NCBI RefSeq assembly: GCF_006345805.1
Contig: NC_043000.1
Location: forward strand, 96,782,001 to 96,846,000
Reading direction: 5' to 3'
From: Octopus sinensis
Taxonomy: Eukaryota
Length of the DNA: 64,000 nt
The notes below the pieces were generated by a model, which did no database searches, was not told the origin of the DNA, and was given only the letters and a program-made list of their open reading frames with translations. The position numbers and the translations under genes were made by a program. The first letter of the stretch is position 1. Every line of letters begins with the position of its first letter. Positions 25,785-39,007 of this stretch are shown piece by piece.

Positions 25785-26410
25785 GAAAAGCGTCAGTTAT
25801 CCACAGCCAGCAGACTAAGGTGACACTTATTTACTGAAAATGCTTCAAGGACCCTGCGGAGAACTCTTGCTGTTCCAAGCAATGCTGATTTTTGTAGGTG
25901 TTCCACTTTTATATTTGCTCCAATCTTTTTGGGTCACGTTAGTAGTTGAGCGCTGATACTTCCAAGTTCACCAATTACTATTGGTATCACGTCCACTTTC
26001 TTCATATACTGTTTTCCTCTGCTTCAACACAATTCGAGCACCTGATCAAGCCTCGCCGACCCTTTCTTCTGGACAAGTGCAACCAATCAGGGTCACTCTT
26101 AGGATTGGAATGAAACGTGCACTGTAAATATTTTCCGTGACTTTGTATCCATGCTCATCAGTTCTTTCTTTGGCGAGTTTATGATTCCAGCACCATACCG
26201 AAGTGATGCTATCGCTCATGTCTTTACTACTTGGATTTTATTCCATCCAGTCAATTTTGAGCGTAACGTCAATCGTAGTCTTTGGAAATATTCTTTCCTC
26301 AGCTGACCTTTCGTTTCCTTCTCCGTGATTTCATTGAACTCTAATATACCAAGGTACTTGTAGACTTCCTTTTCAATTTGTTTCATCACTTCTCTGTTTG
26401 GTATATATTC
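25785..26410 (-). mobile_element. Degenerate R4-type RLE retrotransposon fragment (second family)
   Basis: YKYLGILE...LRKEYFQR...SKLTGWNKI...LRYGAGII and C-terminal VIPIVIGELG...LQKSALLGTARVLRRVLE; 3' end near an (ATC/ATT)n tract. Confidence 0.7.
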
Positions 26411-26516
26411 TTAGAAGCAAGGTTTTTTTATTATTTTGATTGTGTACCACAAATAAACGAGTACTCTACTTCTAGACTACACTAACATGTTTTAGAAATC
26501 ATCAACATCATCATCA

Positions 26517-26570
<54 letters not shown>

Positions 26571-26583
26571 TATTATTATTATT

Positions 26584-28444
26584 CAGTAGTTTTATTTTTA
26601 TTTTTATAGCGTGCTTTCACTTCACTACCGAGCGCAGCTCTGTGTGCCTTGGGTATGTGCTGTGATTTGTTGTGATGCTCTGATGGTTATTGTATGGAAA
26701 GTGTTCTGCGTAGGATGTGTGCAGTGCCTAGTAGTGCAATTTTCTGTATGTTATATGTGTTTGTAAGTCCTGGTGTTTTTGTTTGTATTTGTCTGAATAT
26801 TTTTTTATCATGCCTAATGCACCTACTATGATAGGAATTGTTTCTGTTTTCAGATTCCACATTCTGGTTACCTCTATTTCCAGGTCTTTGTATTTTGAGA
26901 GTTTCTCCATTTCTTTTAGAGACACGTTGTCATCTGCCGGTATTGATACATCAATTAGAAAGCATTTTTTTTCTTCATGGTCTCTGACAACTATATCTGG
27001 TCTGTTGGCCTTATTTCTCTATCTGTGTGTATCGGCATATCCCAGAGTATGGTTGCTTTCTCGTTTTCTGTGACCTTTTCTGGTGTGTGCCTATACCATC
27101 TTTTTTCTGTTGTTATTCCATAATGTTGGCATAGCTTCCAATGTATGTAAGTTCCAACTCTGTCATGTCTGTGAATATATTCCTTCTTAGCCAGGACTGG
27201 GCAGCTAGAGATAATATGATTTATTGTTTCTTGTCCATCTCCACATATTCTGCAGTTACTTGTAATATTTCTTTTCATTACATGTTTTTGGTAATTTCTG
27301 GTGGGGGGAGGCTTTGATCTTGTGCTGCAATTAAAAATCCCTCTGTTTCTGCTTTGAGTCCTGAGCTTCTCAACCATTGCTGGGATTTTTCTTTGTCTAT
27401 TTCTTTTGCGTTTAGTTTAGTCCAGTATTTACCATGAAGGGGCTTTTCTTGCCATCGTTTTATCATGGTTCGTTGCTGTTCTATTTTTAGTTTGGATTTC
27501 ATTTGTTTTATAGCTTTTGTTGTTTCTTCATCATCTTCTTCTTCTTCATGTTTATTAGGTGGTATGATTTCTTGTTTGTATTTGTCAGCTTCCTTAAATA
27601 CTGAGAACAGTTTTTTGTTTTGCTCGTGTTTTGCCGCTATCTGGATCAGTTTTCCTTCCTTCTGAAGTAGATATTTTTGCAGTCCTATGGTGGTTATTTT
27701 ATAGTAGTTTTCCAGCTGTATAAGGCCTCTACCACCTTCTATACGTTGTATATATAGTCTTTCTATGTCAGATTTTGGGTGATGCATCCTAGATCCTGTC
27801 ATTATTTTTCTTGTTTTCCTATCTATTTTGGTCAGTTCATTTCGTGTCCAGTTAAGGATATTGTAGCTGTAACTTATAACTGGGACAGCTAAAGTGTTGA
27901 TACCTATTATCTTGTTTTTAGCATTGAGCTCTGTGTTTAGTATTGATCTAACTCGTCTATAATATTCTTTTTTTATTTTCTCTTTCATTTGTGTGTGTTG
28001 TGTCTTATCTAGTTCATGGATTCCTAAGTATTTGTAAGTTTGGCTTTGGTCTAATTCTTTTATTTCATTTGCTTCATCTAGTGTGATGTTGTTACTCTTA
28101 ACTAGTTTTCCTCTTTTCATGGTTACTTTGGCGCATTTTTCTAATCCAAATTTCATATCTATTTCTTTGGTAAATCCATGAACTGTCTTTAATAGTGTTT
28201 CCAGCTGTTTGTCATTTGCAGCGTATAGTTTTAGGTCATCCATATATAAAAGGTGGCTGATCGTTTTGCCGTAACATTTATATCCGCATCCAGTTCTATT
28301 TAGCATATCAGATAGAGGTGACAGTGCCAAGCAGAAAAGGAGTGGAGAGAGCGTGTCTCCCTGGAATATTCCTCTTCTAATGGGGATGTCTTTGGTTTTC
28401 AAGAGTCCCTCTTTTGTTTGGAGGTGTAGGACTGTTTGCCATTT
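26584..28444 (-). mobile_element. 5'-truncated R4/Dong-type RLE retrotransposon, copy 2
   Basis: 374-aa ORF 28402-27278 (QGD, YMDD) followed by frameshifted zinc finger and RLE domain. Near-identical to 16606-18450; both ends in (TTA)n. Confidence 0.9.
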
Positions 28445-28493
28445 ATTATTATTATTATTGTTATTGTTATTGTTATTGTTATTATTATTATTA

Positions 28494-28543
<50 letters not shown>

Positions 28544-28545
<2 letters not shown>

Positions 28546-28759
28546 TGTTATCAAGTGAACGACATTTCGGTATCTAGCGTGCCTTCCACAGGTTCAAAAA
28601 TTAAACTTGTCAATCTACTCCATTTTTGGCAGAAGCAAAAAACAAAAACAAAAAAAAAAGAAAAAAAATATTAGCAAAAATGAAGTAGATTGACAAGTTT
28701 ATTTTTTGAACCTGTGGAAAGTACACTAGATGCCGAAATATCGTTCACTTGATAACAAT
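28544..28759. repeat. Hairpin with ~85-bp arms, each carrying a hammerhead-like motif
   Basis: 28544-28628 is the approximate reverse complement of 28675-28759, with an A-rich spacer. Confidence 0.8.
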
Positions 28760-28842
28760 AGCACTCTTCTGTTTTTTTTTGCTTCTGTATACCTACTAAA
28801 GGAGTTACCTCAATCCTATAAATTATTATTATTATAATTATA

Positions 28843-28873
<31 letters not shown>

Positions 28874-28922
28874 TATTATAATTATTATTATTATTATATT
28901 ATTATTATTATTATCATTATTA

Positions 28923-28958
<36 letters not shown>

Positions 28959-29029
28959 TATTATTATTATTATTATTATTATTTATTATTATTATTATTA
29001 TATTATTATTATTATTATTATTATTATAT

Positions 29030-29392
29030 AACTGTTCAAAACTTGGTAGTTTCATGCAAATTTCTACTGCACCACCTCTTACACCGTGTTGCTGGGGTGA
29101 GTTCAATATTGTGTGTTTTTTCTGCTGTTAGGAGTGTGGGAATTCTTCCTGGTACTGTATTGTGTTAGTTTTTTCTTTTCTTGAGGTGTAGTGCAGTCTT
29201 TTGTTGTGTTACTGCTTGTATTGTGTTGCGTGTGTAATGCTTTGGTTTTCTAGCTTGTTGGTGGGAGTTTATTTCGCTGGGTAAATGCTGTATAGAGTGT
29301 GTCTTGTATTTGTTGGTTATTCTATTTAGGTTGCATTATTCGATTCATAGTGTCTTGCGTAGGATGTAGTCTGCTCCTAGCAGGGCTATTTT
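29030..29392 (-). mobile_element. 3' end of a third R4-type retrotransposon family
   Basis: Minus strand KIALLGADYILRKTL* parallels KIALLGTAHILRRTLS; the 3' UTR ends in a (TAA)n tract. Confidence 0.65.
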
Positions 29393-29394
29393 GT

Positions 29395-29632
29395 CGAGCA
29401 GCGAGCTGGCAGAATCGTTAGCACGCCGGACAAAATGCTTAGCGGCATTTCGTTCGTCTTTACGTTCTGAATGCAAATTCCGCCGAGGTCAACTTTGTAT
29501 TTCCTTTTTTCTGGTTCGAGAAAATAAGTACCAGTTTAGTATTGGGGTCGATGTATTCTACTCATCCTCTTCCCCGAAATTGCTGGCTTTGTGGCAAAAT
29601 GTGAAACATTATCATCATCATCATCATCATCA

Positions 29633-29685
<53 letters not shown>

Positions 29686-29838
29686 AAGGCGCTACGTTCT
29701 GAGTTCAAATTCTGCCGCAGTCGACTTTACCTTTCGTCCTTTCGGGTCGATAAATTAAGTATCAGTGAAACGCTGGAGGAGGGTTCGATTTAATCGACAA
29801 ACCCCTTCATGGCTGCCCTTGTGGTAACATTTGAAACC
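29395..29838 (+). mobile_element. Two SINE family B copies separated by (CAT)n(TAT)n
   Basis: gagcagcgagctggcagaatcgttagcacgcc head at ~29396; second partial copy from ~29690. Confidence 0.7.
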
Positions 29839-29870
29839 ATTATTATTATTACTATTATTATCATCATCAC

Positions 29871-29924
<54 letters not shown>

Positions 29925-31945
29925 TATTACCAATAGCTACAGGGCTTTGGATTAGTTAGCGGCTCGGAACTTCCAGTCGTTTACCTCGCAGTTCATATTC
30001 TGCCTTTCTTCCTTCTAGGGTCGGTAAAATAAACTGTCACTCAAGAAATGGAATCGATGGTACCAAGAAGCCCCTTTCCTGAACACTGCTGACTTTTTGC
30101 CTGAAATAGAAACAATTGTCAATAATGATTATTCTTTACTCCTGTTTTTCGAACGAAGATTGAATTTCCTTCTGAAAAGAAACTCGCGATACCGAATCTA
30201 GGATACAGAAGCTAATTCTGTTTAATTTTCTAATTTCAAAAAGATTCTGAGTTGAAATCTTTTAAAAAATTAGTCACAAATGATGACCTTCAGAATTTTT
30301 GCATGATTAGAATGTCTTATTATTATTACCAATGGCTACAGGACTTGGCTACAATGACTACAGGACAATGGCTACATTGTTTTGAATTTATCATGTATTA
30401 TCTTGTAGCCTCAAGATTTCAATGATGTGATAGTTTATTTTCTACAATAACAGTGTAGAGTAGGTGCGAGAGGTCAAATCTGGCCAATTTGAACATAAAG
30501 CGGATAGAATATCTTTCCTTTCCAAACGCAGGAAATTGGGAGAATTACCATAACGTACATTACTATGTCACATGGTGAACAGTGTCACCTTTATCTGAAA
30601 GTAACGAACTGAACCGATTCAAATGTTCTATAATGGAAGTCATCTGCTACAATTTATGTAGCCGAATGTTATCGTTGAAATACACTACTTTCACATCACT
30701 CATTGAAGTACAATACTTTTGCTAAGGCACTTCCACGTGACTGTCACCGAATCATATGATCTTCAGATATGTCTACGCTTAACCCCTTCCAAGCAGCTAT
30801 TTTAGTTTATTTTTTTTAATGTTATATATTGCTTATGGGGACACAGCATTAAGATTTCTTTATCTTCCAACAATTCTTCTCGTTCATCTTTTCTAATTAT
30901 GATAAATATTCAGATTCGTAGAAACCAGTGCTTTCTGATGTAAACAACAATATTAAAAGTCATGGTAACACATTTGCTCCAAGATAATTTTCATTTTCCA
31001 TGAATTCGTTAAGTTTAAAGAAAATAAATTTACATGTAATTTGTTCTCTGTCTGACAAGCATAATAGGCGAACGATCGACAATATTTCCCATGCTTTGAT
31101 CCGAGGAAGAACGATATACAGTAAATTGTGCATCGCTTTAAATGTCTGCTATTTCATCAAACAGCTGAGTGAAAAATTATGCTTACAACAGTTTCGCCTC
31201 AGCTGGTGCTTCAGATTTTCGGCAGTCGTACTAGATCAAAGTTTCATTGTATCATTAGACAAAGAAAGAAAGAAAAAAAGGAAAGGAAAGAAAGGAAAAG
31301 AAAAGTCTATTTTATCTGCTGCTAGTCTCCATATAGTAAGTTGGTAACACGGTTTGACAACTTTCTTTGCCATCGATTGGAAGTACATTTACTGCTTCCA
31401 CAAATACTCACACATACATTATGTGAAACTGAATGGACTTACTTTGATGACTGCTATGATTTTTCTTTAGTGAATATGTAATATTGAAGAAGACAGACAT
31501 TGGTTCCTTTATTTAACTCAGAAAAAAAAAATGAACGGCTCAGACTTGATTTATATTCTTTGTTCCATTTTCTTTTTGTGAATTTTAAGGAAGGCTACGT
31601 TGTTATTGTATTTCCTCTTGCGATTAATGTTTTCCCTTTTGAGTAGAGTTAAGAGTCATCATCCGTAACCTACGCTATTCTCAATCTTTTTGTCATCTTT
31701 TATAAATAACTCCCGTTCAGTCCTGTTCATTTCATTTTTTTTTTCAGAAATTAAGCATTCCTCTCTGCATCTTCTTACTTTAGATATGGTTTCTTTAGGT
31801 ACTTCAACAAAAACATTTGAATATGAAATATCTAAGTAATATTTTATAGAGCGACGACGGGCAAAATTCATAGGACGCCGGACAAAATTACCCAGCAGTG
31901 AGTAGTTATACTCCTGGACAGCTGTTAGGCAACGCTGTTTTCATA

Positions 31946-32031
<86 letters not shown>

Positions 32032-32039
32032 TGTGTGTG

Positions 32040-32350
32040 GCTCTTCGTCGATGTCGATTACGAGATGAGTGTTCCAGTTGATTCGATCAACGGAAAGGCC
32101 TACTTGTGAAGTTAACATGAAAGTAGCTGTGCACCCCACAGACACGTGTACTTTTAACTTAGTTCCCAGTGCTTGTAAGCGTGCACAGTGTGTGACAAGA
32201 CTGGCCCTTTGAATCATAAGTATTACAGATACAACTCATTTTGTCAGCTAGATGTACTGGAGCTGCGAGAAATAAAGAACTTGCTCAACGACTCAGCGTA
32301 CTGCTGGAAATCGAACTCGCCCTTATGATCGTGAGCCAAATACCCTACCC
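32040..32350 (-). mobile_element. SINE with family C-type tail
   Basis: Tail matches 12390-12550; tRNA-like head around 32300-32350. Confidence 0.55.
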
Positions 32351-32441
<91 letters not shown>

Positions 32442-32749
32442 TAAATTTAACAGAATGAGATAAAAATCCAAGGCTGTAAAGATTTCAGAACATTTATAAA
32501 TAGGTCTTGCAGCTGTTTCCGGGATATTTTATATATCCCTTCATCGGAGACGGTGTGGGAAGATGGTTAAGCAATAGTTATTGTAGATAAGATATAAAAT
32601 AGAGAGTGAAGTGAAAGAATGAAAATAGACGTGAGATATATAGGGATATTGTATCTTCAGTTCCATTATCTAGGCAGAATGATATACATATAAGATTCCT
32701 GTACCTTGAGATTAAGTTCCAATAGTATTTAAAATTGGTCATTCCAGGC

Positions 32750-32780
<31 letters not shown>

Positions 32781-32782
32781 TG

Positions 32783-32813
<31 letters not shown>

Positions 32814-33151
32814 TGTATGTATGTATGTACGTACACACACACACACATACATACACACATAATGTAATGTATTCTCTGTCAGTCTTAGCGGCGAGTAGTT
32901 AATTCAATTATTCGATTAACTGAACTATCTACTCGTTGAATTAGTGAGTGGAATAGCTGAGTATTACACAGGAAGATTCATGGTGTCACAATGTATGACA
33001 AGGGTGATCTTCGAATTGCACGTTCAATACAATCGATGGATCGAATGTATAATTATCATAATGTTCTACTTGTTCTTGTCTGTCGTCTACATGTATTACG
33101 CTTATATCATCAAAAGAAGTTATAACTTGAATGCTGAAGTATATATACATA

Positions 33152-33187
<36 letters not shown>

Positions 33188-33751
33188 TGTATGTATGTAT
33201 GTATGTATGTATGTATGTATGTATAAAGACAGGATGGGAAAAAGAAAAAGAACGAACCAAAGAACAACAATGAACAAAGCGAGAACGAAATAGTTGAAAC
33301 AGGGAAAAATACGAAAGAGAAAGAGAGACAGAGGGAGAGAGGGGAAAGAAGAGAAAGAGAGAAGGAAGAGAGAGAGGAGGTGTACATTATTAGAGAGAGT
33401 GGAGGGGAGGTAGGAAGATCTATAAATTTATGCTTTAAAAGATATATCGATACGTAGTTAAATTAAAATGAAAGAAACTTAGCAAATAGCTGTGTAAGTT
33501 ACACTTTTATCTTTTACGTGTCCCAGACCAAAACCTGTGACCATGGTGGGACAATACTGTTATTCAATTCCTGTTTTTTTTTTTTTATTATTTTATTAGG
33601 TTTAAATGCTTATTGGTATAATGTAAGTAAGCAGGTACGCACATCGGCAGAAGGGAAAGTAGGTATGATAGTTACTTAGACAGACAGACAGCCAGACAGG
33701 TAGACAGCCAGACAGGTAGACAGGTAAGCACGTAGGTACCTATGTAGGTAG

Positions 33752-35090
33752 CAAACCTGGGCACCAAACTGTTAATCCGTTAATCGTTAATTAACGAAGT
33801 TAACATTTTCGTTGACGATTTAACTTTTAAGTTAACTTTGGAAAACATTAACGGACTAATTATCTTCCGCTACATTTAATTTCCGTTAACTTAAGTCGGC
33901 TTGAGTTAACTTCCGTTAACTCAAATTGCTGCGACGATCTTTAGGCTCAAGGACTTGAAGTCCAAGGACCTCGTCTACTGAGGCCCCTTGGTCGACGCAC
34001 TTTTAGAAGGCACCGATAAAAGGTTTAGGACCCTCCTGGAGGATGAGATATGCCAGATGGCTGCTGCCTTCCACCCTAGGTTTCGCCTCATCTGGGTGGA
34101 TAAGTATGACAATACCAAGGTCGCCAAGGTGAGGAAAAGCTTGGAAGATAAGGTCGAGAAGGCCATGAAGCAGCTCTCTGACGAAGTGAGCAGCAACAGT
34201 GAAGGCAGCAACAACGGAGCGCAAGAAGATGACTTCTTCAGTGGTGTCACCCAGCCAAAAGAGAGCAGCAGGAGCCACAGATCACTCAAGGACAAGGCCC
34301 AGAATTTGGTCAAGACCTAGTTGAAGACCATCTCCAAGGACTTGCTGACAGATGTCACCTTCGTGGGTGAGGAAGTATTGGTGGACTTGTTCATCAAGTT
34401 CAACACAGTCATCCCCTCCAGGGCTGCAGTTGAGCGTTTGTTCCCTATGGGCAAGGACATCTCGAGAGCCAAGAGATCATCCTTGTCTAATGAAAACTTT
34501 GACATGCTAATCTTCATGAAGGGCGACATGCATCTCATTAACAGAATGGAGAACGAGAAGAAGAGGAAAAATTAAGTCATGTATACATCGTGTTTTTAAT
34601 TTTTAATTTTTATTTTTTTACAGCCACTTTATCAATAAACTTTTCTGGTTTAATACAAATATTGTGTTTCACTTGAGTTTCCTTTTTACCCTTTTCTGAC
34701 TCTAAAAGCCTTTAAAAACCTAAAAAGGGCCAAAACTAATGAAATCAGCCTCTTTTGGGTCTTTTAAAAGTTAAAACTATAAAATCAGCATTTTTTTAAA
34801 CTCTAAAAAAAAACAAAAAAACACTAGAGTTTTGGGATTCTAAAGCCCTAAAAAAGGCCAAAAAGTTGATTTTATAATTTTGGTACTTTCTAAAGGGGTT
34901 TTTCGGTGGTTTTAGAATAAAAACTTATTTTTTGTACTTTTGTATAATAAAAATTAACGTTAACGGCTTAACGATAACTTCCGTTACATTTTTAATGAAT
35001 TAACTGATTAACGGTTTTCGAAGTTAACTTTTTGATTAACGGATTAACGGTTAACGAATTTAACTTTTCGATTAACGGTGTCCACCTTTG
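33752..35090 (+). mobile_element. Internally deleted hAT transposon with exact 8-bp TSD
   Basis: TSD GTAGGTAG at 33744-33751 and 35091-35098. Imperfect TIRs caaacctgggca / tgtccacctttg; subterminal TTAACG repeat arrays; hATC dimerisation remnant FNTVIPSRAAVERLF...RSSLSNENFDMLIFMK (33975-34575, one in-frame stop). Confidence 0.9.
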
Positions 35091-35439
35091 GTAGGTAGAT
35101 AGGGAGGTAGATGAGCCTACCGATATATCAAAAGTTATGCAAATATAGAGATATATTAATAAATATACAAGTAGATAAATCGGTGAACTGAAGCAAAATG
35201 GTAAAAAACAATGAAACAAAAATGAAAATATTCTCTGTTGGTAAATAATTTGGGTTGAAACTTGTTGGTGGCTGGACAACGAACAGTGTAGTTTGTTTAC
35301 GTGCTTTTATTTTTATTGCAATTCTGTCACTTAACATATGCGCTTCAATGCAATCAATTATCGTCTGCCCAATCGAAACATTTGTTTATAAAATATGGAC
35401 AGACGACATTAGCTAAAAAGAGAAAGAATGAAAAGGATT

Positions 35440-35896
35440 ATTTTTCAAAAACTAAACATGTACTACATGTAGGATGTACCAACTTCGATAGTAAGTGCAT
35501 TGAAGCCACTTCAGTAACAGGTGCACAAGAAGGACTGCTTTTCCTCGCATGAAGTTAGCTCCAAATGACTCCAACTTTCACTTCATTTCGGAACGGGATC
35601 AGTTCCCTGTAAGGCTGTCCTACTCACTGGCCACAAGGACAGACGAATGTTTGCTATTTACAAAATTGTGAATAATAAACAATTAATCAATGTATATGAA
35701 TAAATTTTATCTTTTTAACTCATCTTTTATTTCTTTAAACTACAAAGCACATCATATTGGTCACACATATTACAAGCAACACATTAAATGACAAGATATC
35801 AAACGGAACTTTTGAAATTCCCTGCTCGGTTTTGATATACTTACATGTTTTCAAGTGTACTAATTTATACCGTGGAATTTCCACGGGTCCTGCTAG
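35440..35896 (+). mobile_element. Helitron 3' remnant
   Basis: RMKLAPNDSNFHFISERDQFPVRLSY resembles the Helitron PIF1-like helicase C-terminus. 3' hairpin ccgtgg-aattt-ccacgg (35870-35886) followed by CTAG|T. Confidence 0.8.
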
Positions 35897-35949
35897 TATA
35901 TATAAACACATACATGCATACATACATACATACATACATACATACATGC

Positions 35950-36353
35950 ATGAAAAATACCTATTGTTGATGTTGAAATTCCAATGAATGAGCCTTGGAT
36001 CTAGGTTAGAAACCGGCTCTTTCTCTATGGCAAGACATCTTGAAATAAAACTGAATAATGACATACCTATATTATTGGCCGCACTTTCTCAGTGTATGTG
36101 TTTGTTTGCCAGTTCACTGCCGAATAACGCTAGGGGGACGACTCCCTCACAATGTTGGGTGTTAAAACACCTGAACATCATAGAGAAGCAAGGCATCTCG
36201 CTTCCAATCGAATTCAGGAATGATAGATACCGATATGTCGTCATTTTTGTTGCTTATCAACATCACATACAGGAATCGAATCGGTAACGAATCTCATCAC
36301 CAGTCTTTGACTATATACAGTATAAAAACTATTTGCTGGTATGCCACAGCGAT
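35950..36353 (+). repeat. ~400-bp repeat ending in (TACA)n, copy 1
   Basis: Highly similar to 46310-46719 with the same 3' junction; hammerhead-like decayed core at 35981-36019. Confidence 0.8.
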
Positions 36354-36400
36354 ACATACATACATACATACATACATACATACATACATACATACATACA

Positions 36401-36434
<34 letters not shown>

Positions 36435-36711
36435 CATACGTATACACATATATACATGTATACAAACACACGCGCGGGCGAGCGTGACCTCGTGATTGCG
36501 ACTTGGCGAATCTCCTAAACAACTTTCGCCCATGCAGCGTCCACATATTCTTTTAGTCTCTCTTTCACTCTCTCTTTCTTTCCCATCTCTCTATATATAC
36601 ACACACCCACGCGTGCGTCTGCCTGTCTATCTGTATGTATGCGTGTATGTATGTGTATGTATGAATGTGTGTATGTATGTATGTATGTATGTATGTATGT
36701 ATGTATGTATG

Positions 36712-36744
<33 letters not shown>

Positions 36745-37239
36745 GTAAGTACGTGTGTGTATCTATAAATACATAAATATAGAAATATATTGTTGATTAG
36801 TTCTTAGAACATCAACATTTATAAATACCATTTTGTGTTGGCTCTTTGTGAAGCTTTCATTAAAATCACGACTTCGCAGTGTTTTCTGAGATTTTTGCTA
36901 AAGCAGTCGTGTGATGTCATGATGCGGTACGTCTGCCCACATAGTTAAAAGTAAAACTATAATTTTATACAGTTAAATGGCCGTTGGTTACAGAATGAAA
37001 AGAAAAAAAATATACAAGAAAGACATGACTAAGTTTAACGTGCATAAAACGTCTTAGCAACCCGATTTTCACTCACTGGAAACGATATATGCCGGAAATT
37101 AATTATGCGTGACGAATATGAGTAAATGTCTTGAAAGTAAAATGTCACGAATACGTTTTTATCTCCCCTTTCGTCTTTTTGTTCTGTTAATCTGTTAAAC
37201 ACCCGAACTTTATCAAATCTTAGAAATTAGGCACCGTAT

Positions 37240-38045
37240 ATACATACATACATACATACATACATACATACATACATACATACATACATACATACATGCA
37301 TACATAAATACATACATACATACATACAACATACATGCATACATACATACATACATACAACATACATGCATACATACATACATATATACATACATACATA
37401 CATACAGACATACATACATACATGCATGCATATACATACATACATACATACATACACACATTCAAACATACATACACATACGTATACATGTACGTATATA
37501 CACAGGTACACATATTCGTACGGACACATACATACATACATACATACATACATACATACATACACATACATACATACATACATATATACATACATACATA
37601 CATACATACATACATGCATACATACATACATACATACATACATACAACATACATGCATACATACATACATACATACAACATACATGCATACATACATACA
37701 TATATACATACATACATACATACAGACATACATACATACATGCATGCATATACATACATACATACTACATACATACATACACATACATACATACATACAT
37801 ACATACATGCATACATAAATACATACATACATACACACATTCATACATACATACATACATACATACATACATACATACATACATACATACATACATACAT
37901 ACATACATACATGCATGCATGCATGCATACATACATACATACACACATTCATACATACATACACATACATATACATGTACGTATATACAAAGGTACACAT
38001 ATTCGTACGGACGCAAACAGAAATACGCTCACGCGCGCGCAAACA
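37240..38045. repeat. Large (TACA)n array with higher-order duplication
   Basis: The unique interruption tacatgtacgtatatac..aggtacacatattcgtacggac recurs at ~37485 and ~37973. Confidence 0.9.
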
Positions 38046-38613
38046 CACACTATTGATAAATTCTGCTCAATATATTTGAAAAGCATGATGTTTTCTAAAA
38101 TTATTTTTGTACAGTATCTTAATAGTTTTCATGTTCAGAAGAAGTTAGATATATAAATAAACAATCCTGTCACCCCTCACCTATGGTAATTAAAAATCTC
38201 ATAATTATAAAGATCACCTTCGTCAAAGGCCTAATCCTGGTGATCGAAAAATAATTTGATCGAAAAATAATTTGATCGAAAACCTTTTAGTCAACATCAA
38301 ATGCATGGAAACATTTATTGAAAACTATTCTACGAATACTTTTCGTAGAGAAACATAGAAATTCGTAAAGAAACAGAAATTAATCGAAACTTGAAATAAC
38401 AGGTTTTTGGTAAATGATGAGACCAAACGGTTTTTCGAAATGAAATGTATTTTCAATTTATTTTCAGACTATTTGTTTTTGATAAGAAATAGAAATACAT
38501 CAAAACTTAATCTTGACTAATGCTTTTTAAACAATTTATTGTAATTATAAAAGGATAAGAATGAATTACATTTTAAATGAAAACATATTTTCAATTATTT
38601 TTTGTATATACAC

Positions 38614-38817
38614 AGGCGCAGGAGTGGTTGTGCGGTAAGAAGCTTGTTTCCTTTCTCTATGTAAGGTCTTTATGGCCAATATAATGAAATAAAGAAGCTT
38701 GTTTCCGGGTTCAGTCCCACTACGCGGCACCCTGGACAAGTGTCTTTTACTATAGCTTCGAGCCGACCAAAGACTTGTGAGTGGATTTGGTAGATGGAAA
38801 CTGAAAGAAACCCGTCG
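38614..38817 (+). mobile_element. SINE family A, 5' half
   Basis: aggcgcaggagtggttgtgcggtaagaagc head. Confidence 0.75.
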
Positions 38818-39007
38818 CACACACACACACACACACACAAGGTAACCTGAGTTAGAGGTTAAAATAACCGACTAAGAGATAGAAGTATCCATTATACTAC
38901 TGGTATATTACCTATGTTTTACCATGGGCATACATAAGCAAGCATATTATGCTCATAGATTATAGGTAAAGACAAGGATAAACATAAATTTATCAAGAAG
39001 CAAAATT

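Noticed and set aside
37213-38156. Long 200-270-aa ORFs (MYVC/HTYI repeats), and similar ORFs throughout the window
   Set aside because: Translations of (TACA)n, (CA)n and (TA)n microsatellites that happen to lack stops; no coding signal.
38240-38450. Short tcgaaa-containing direct repeats considered as CRISPR-like
   Set aside because: Irregular spacing, no constant repeat/spacer structure, eukaryotic context; probably transposon subterminal repeats.
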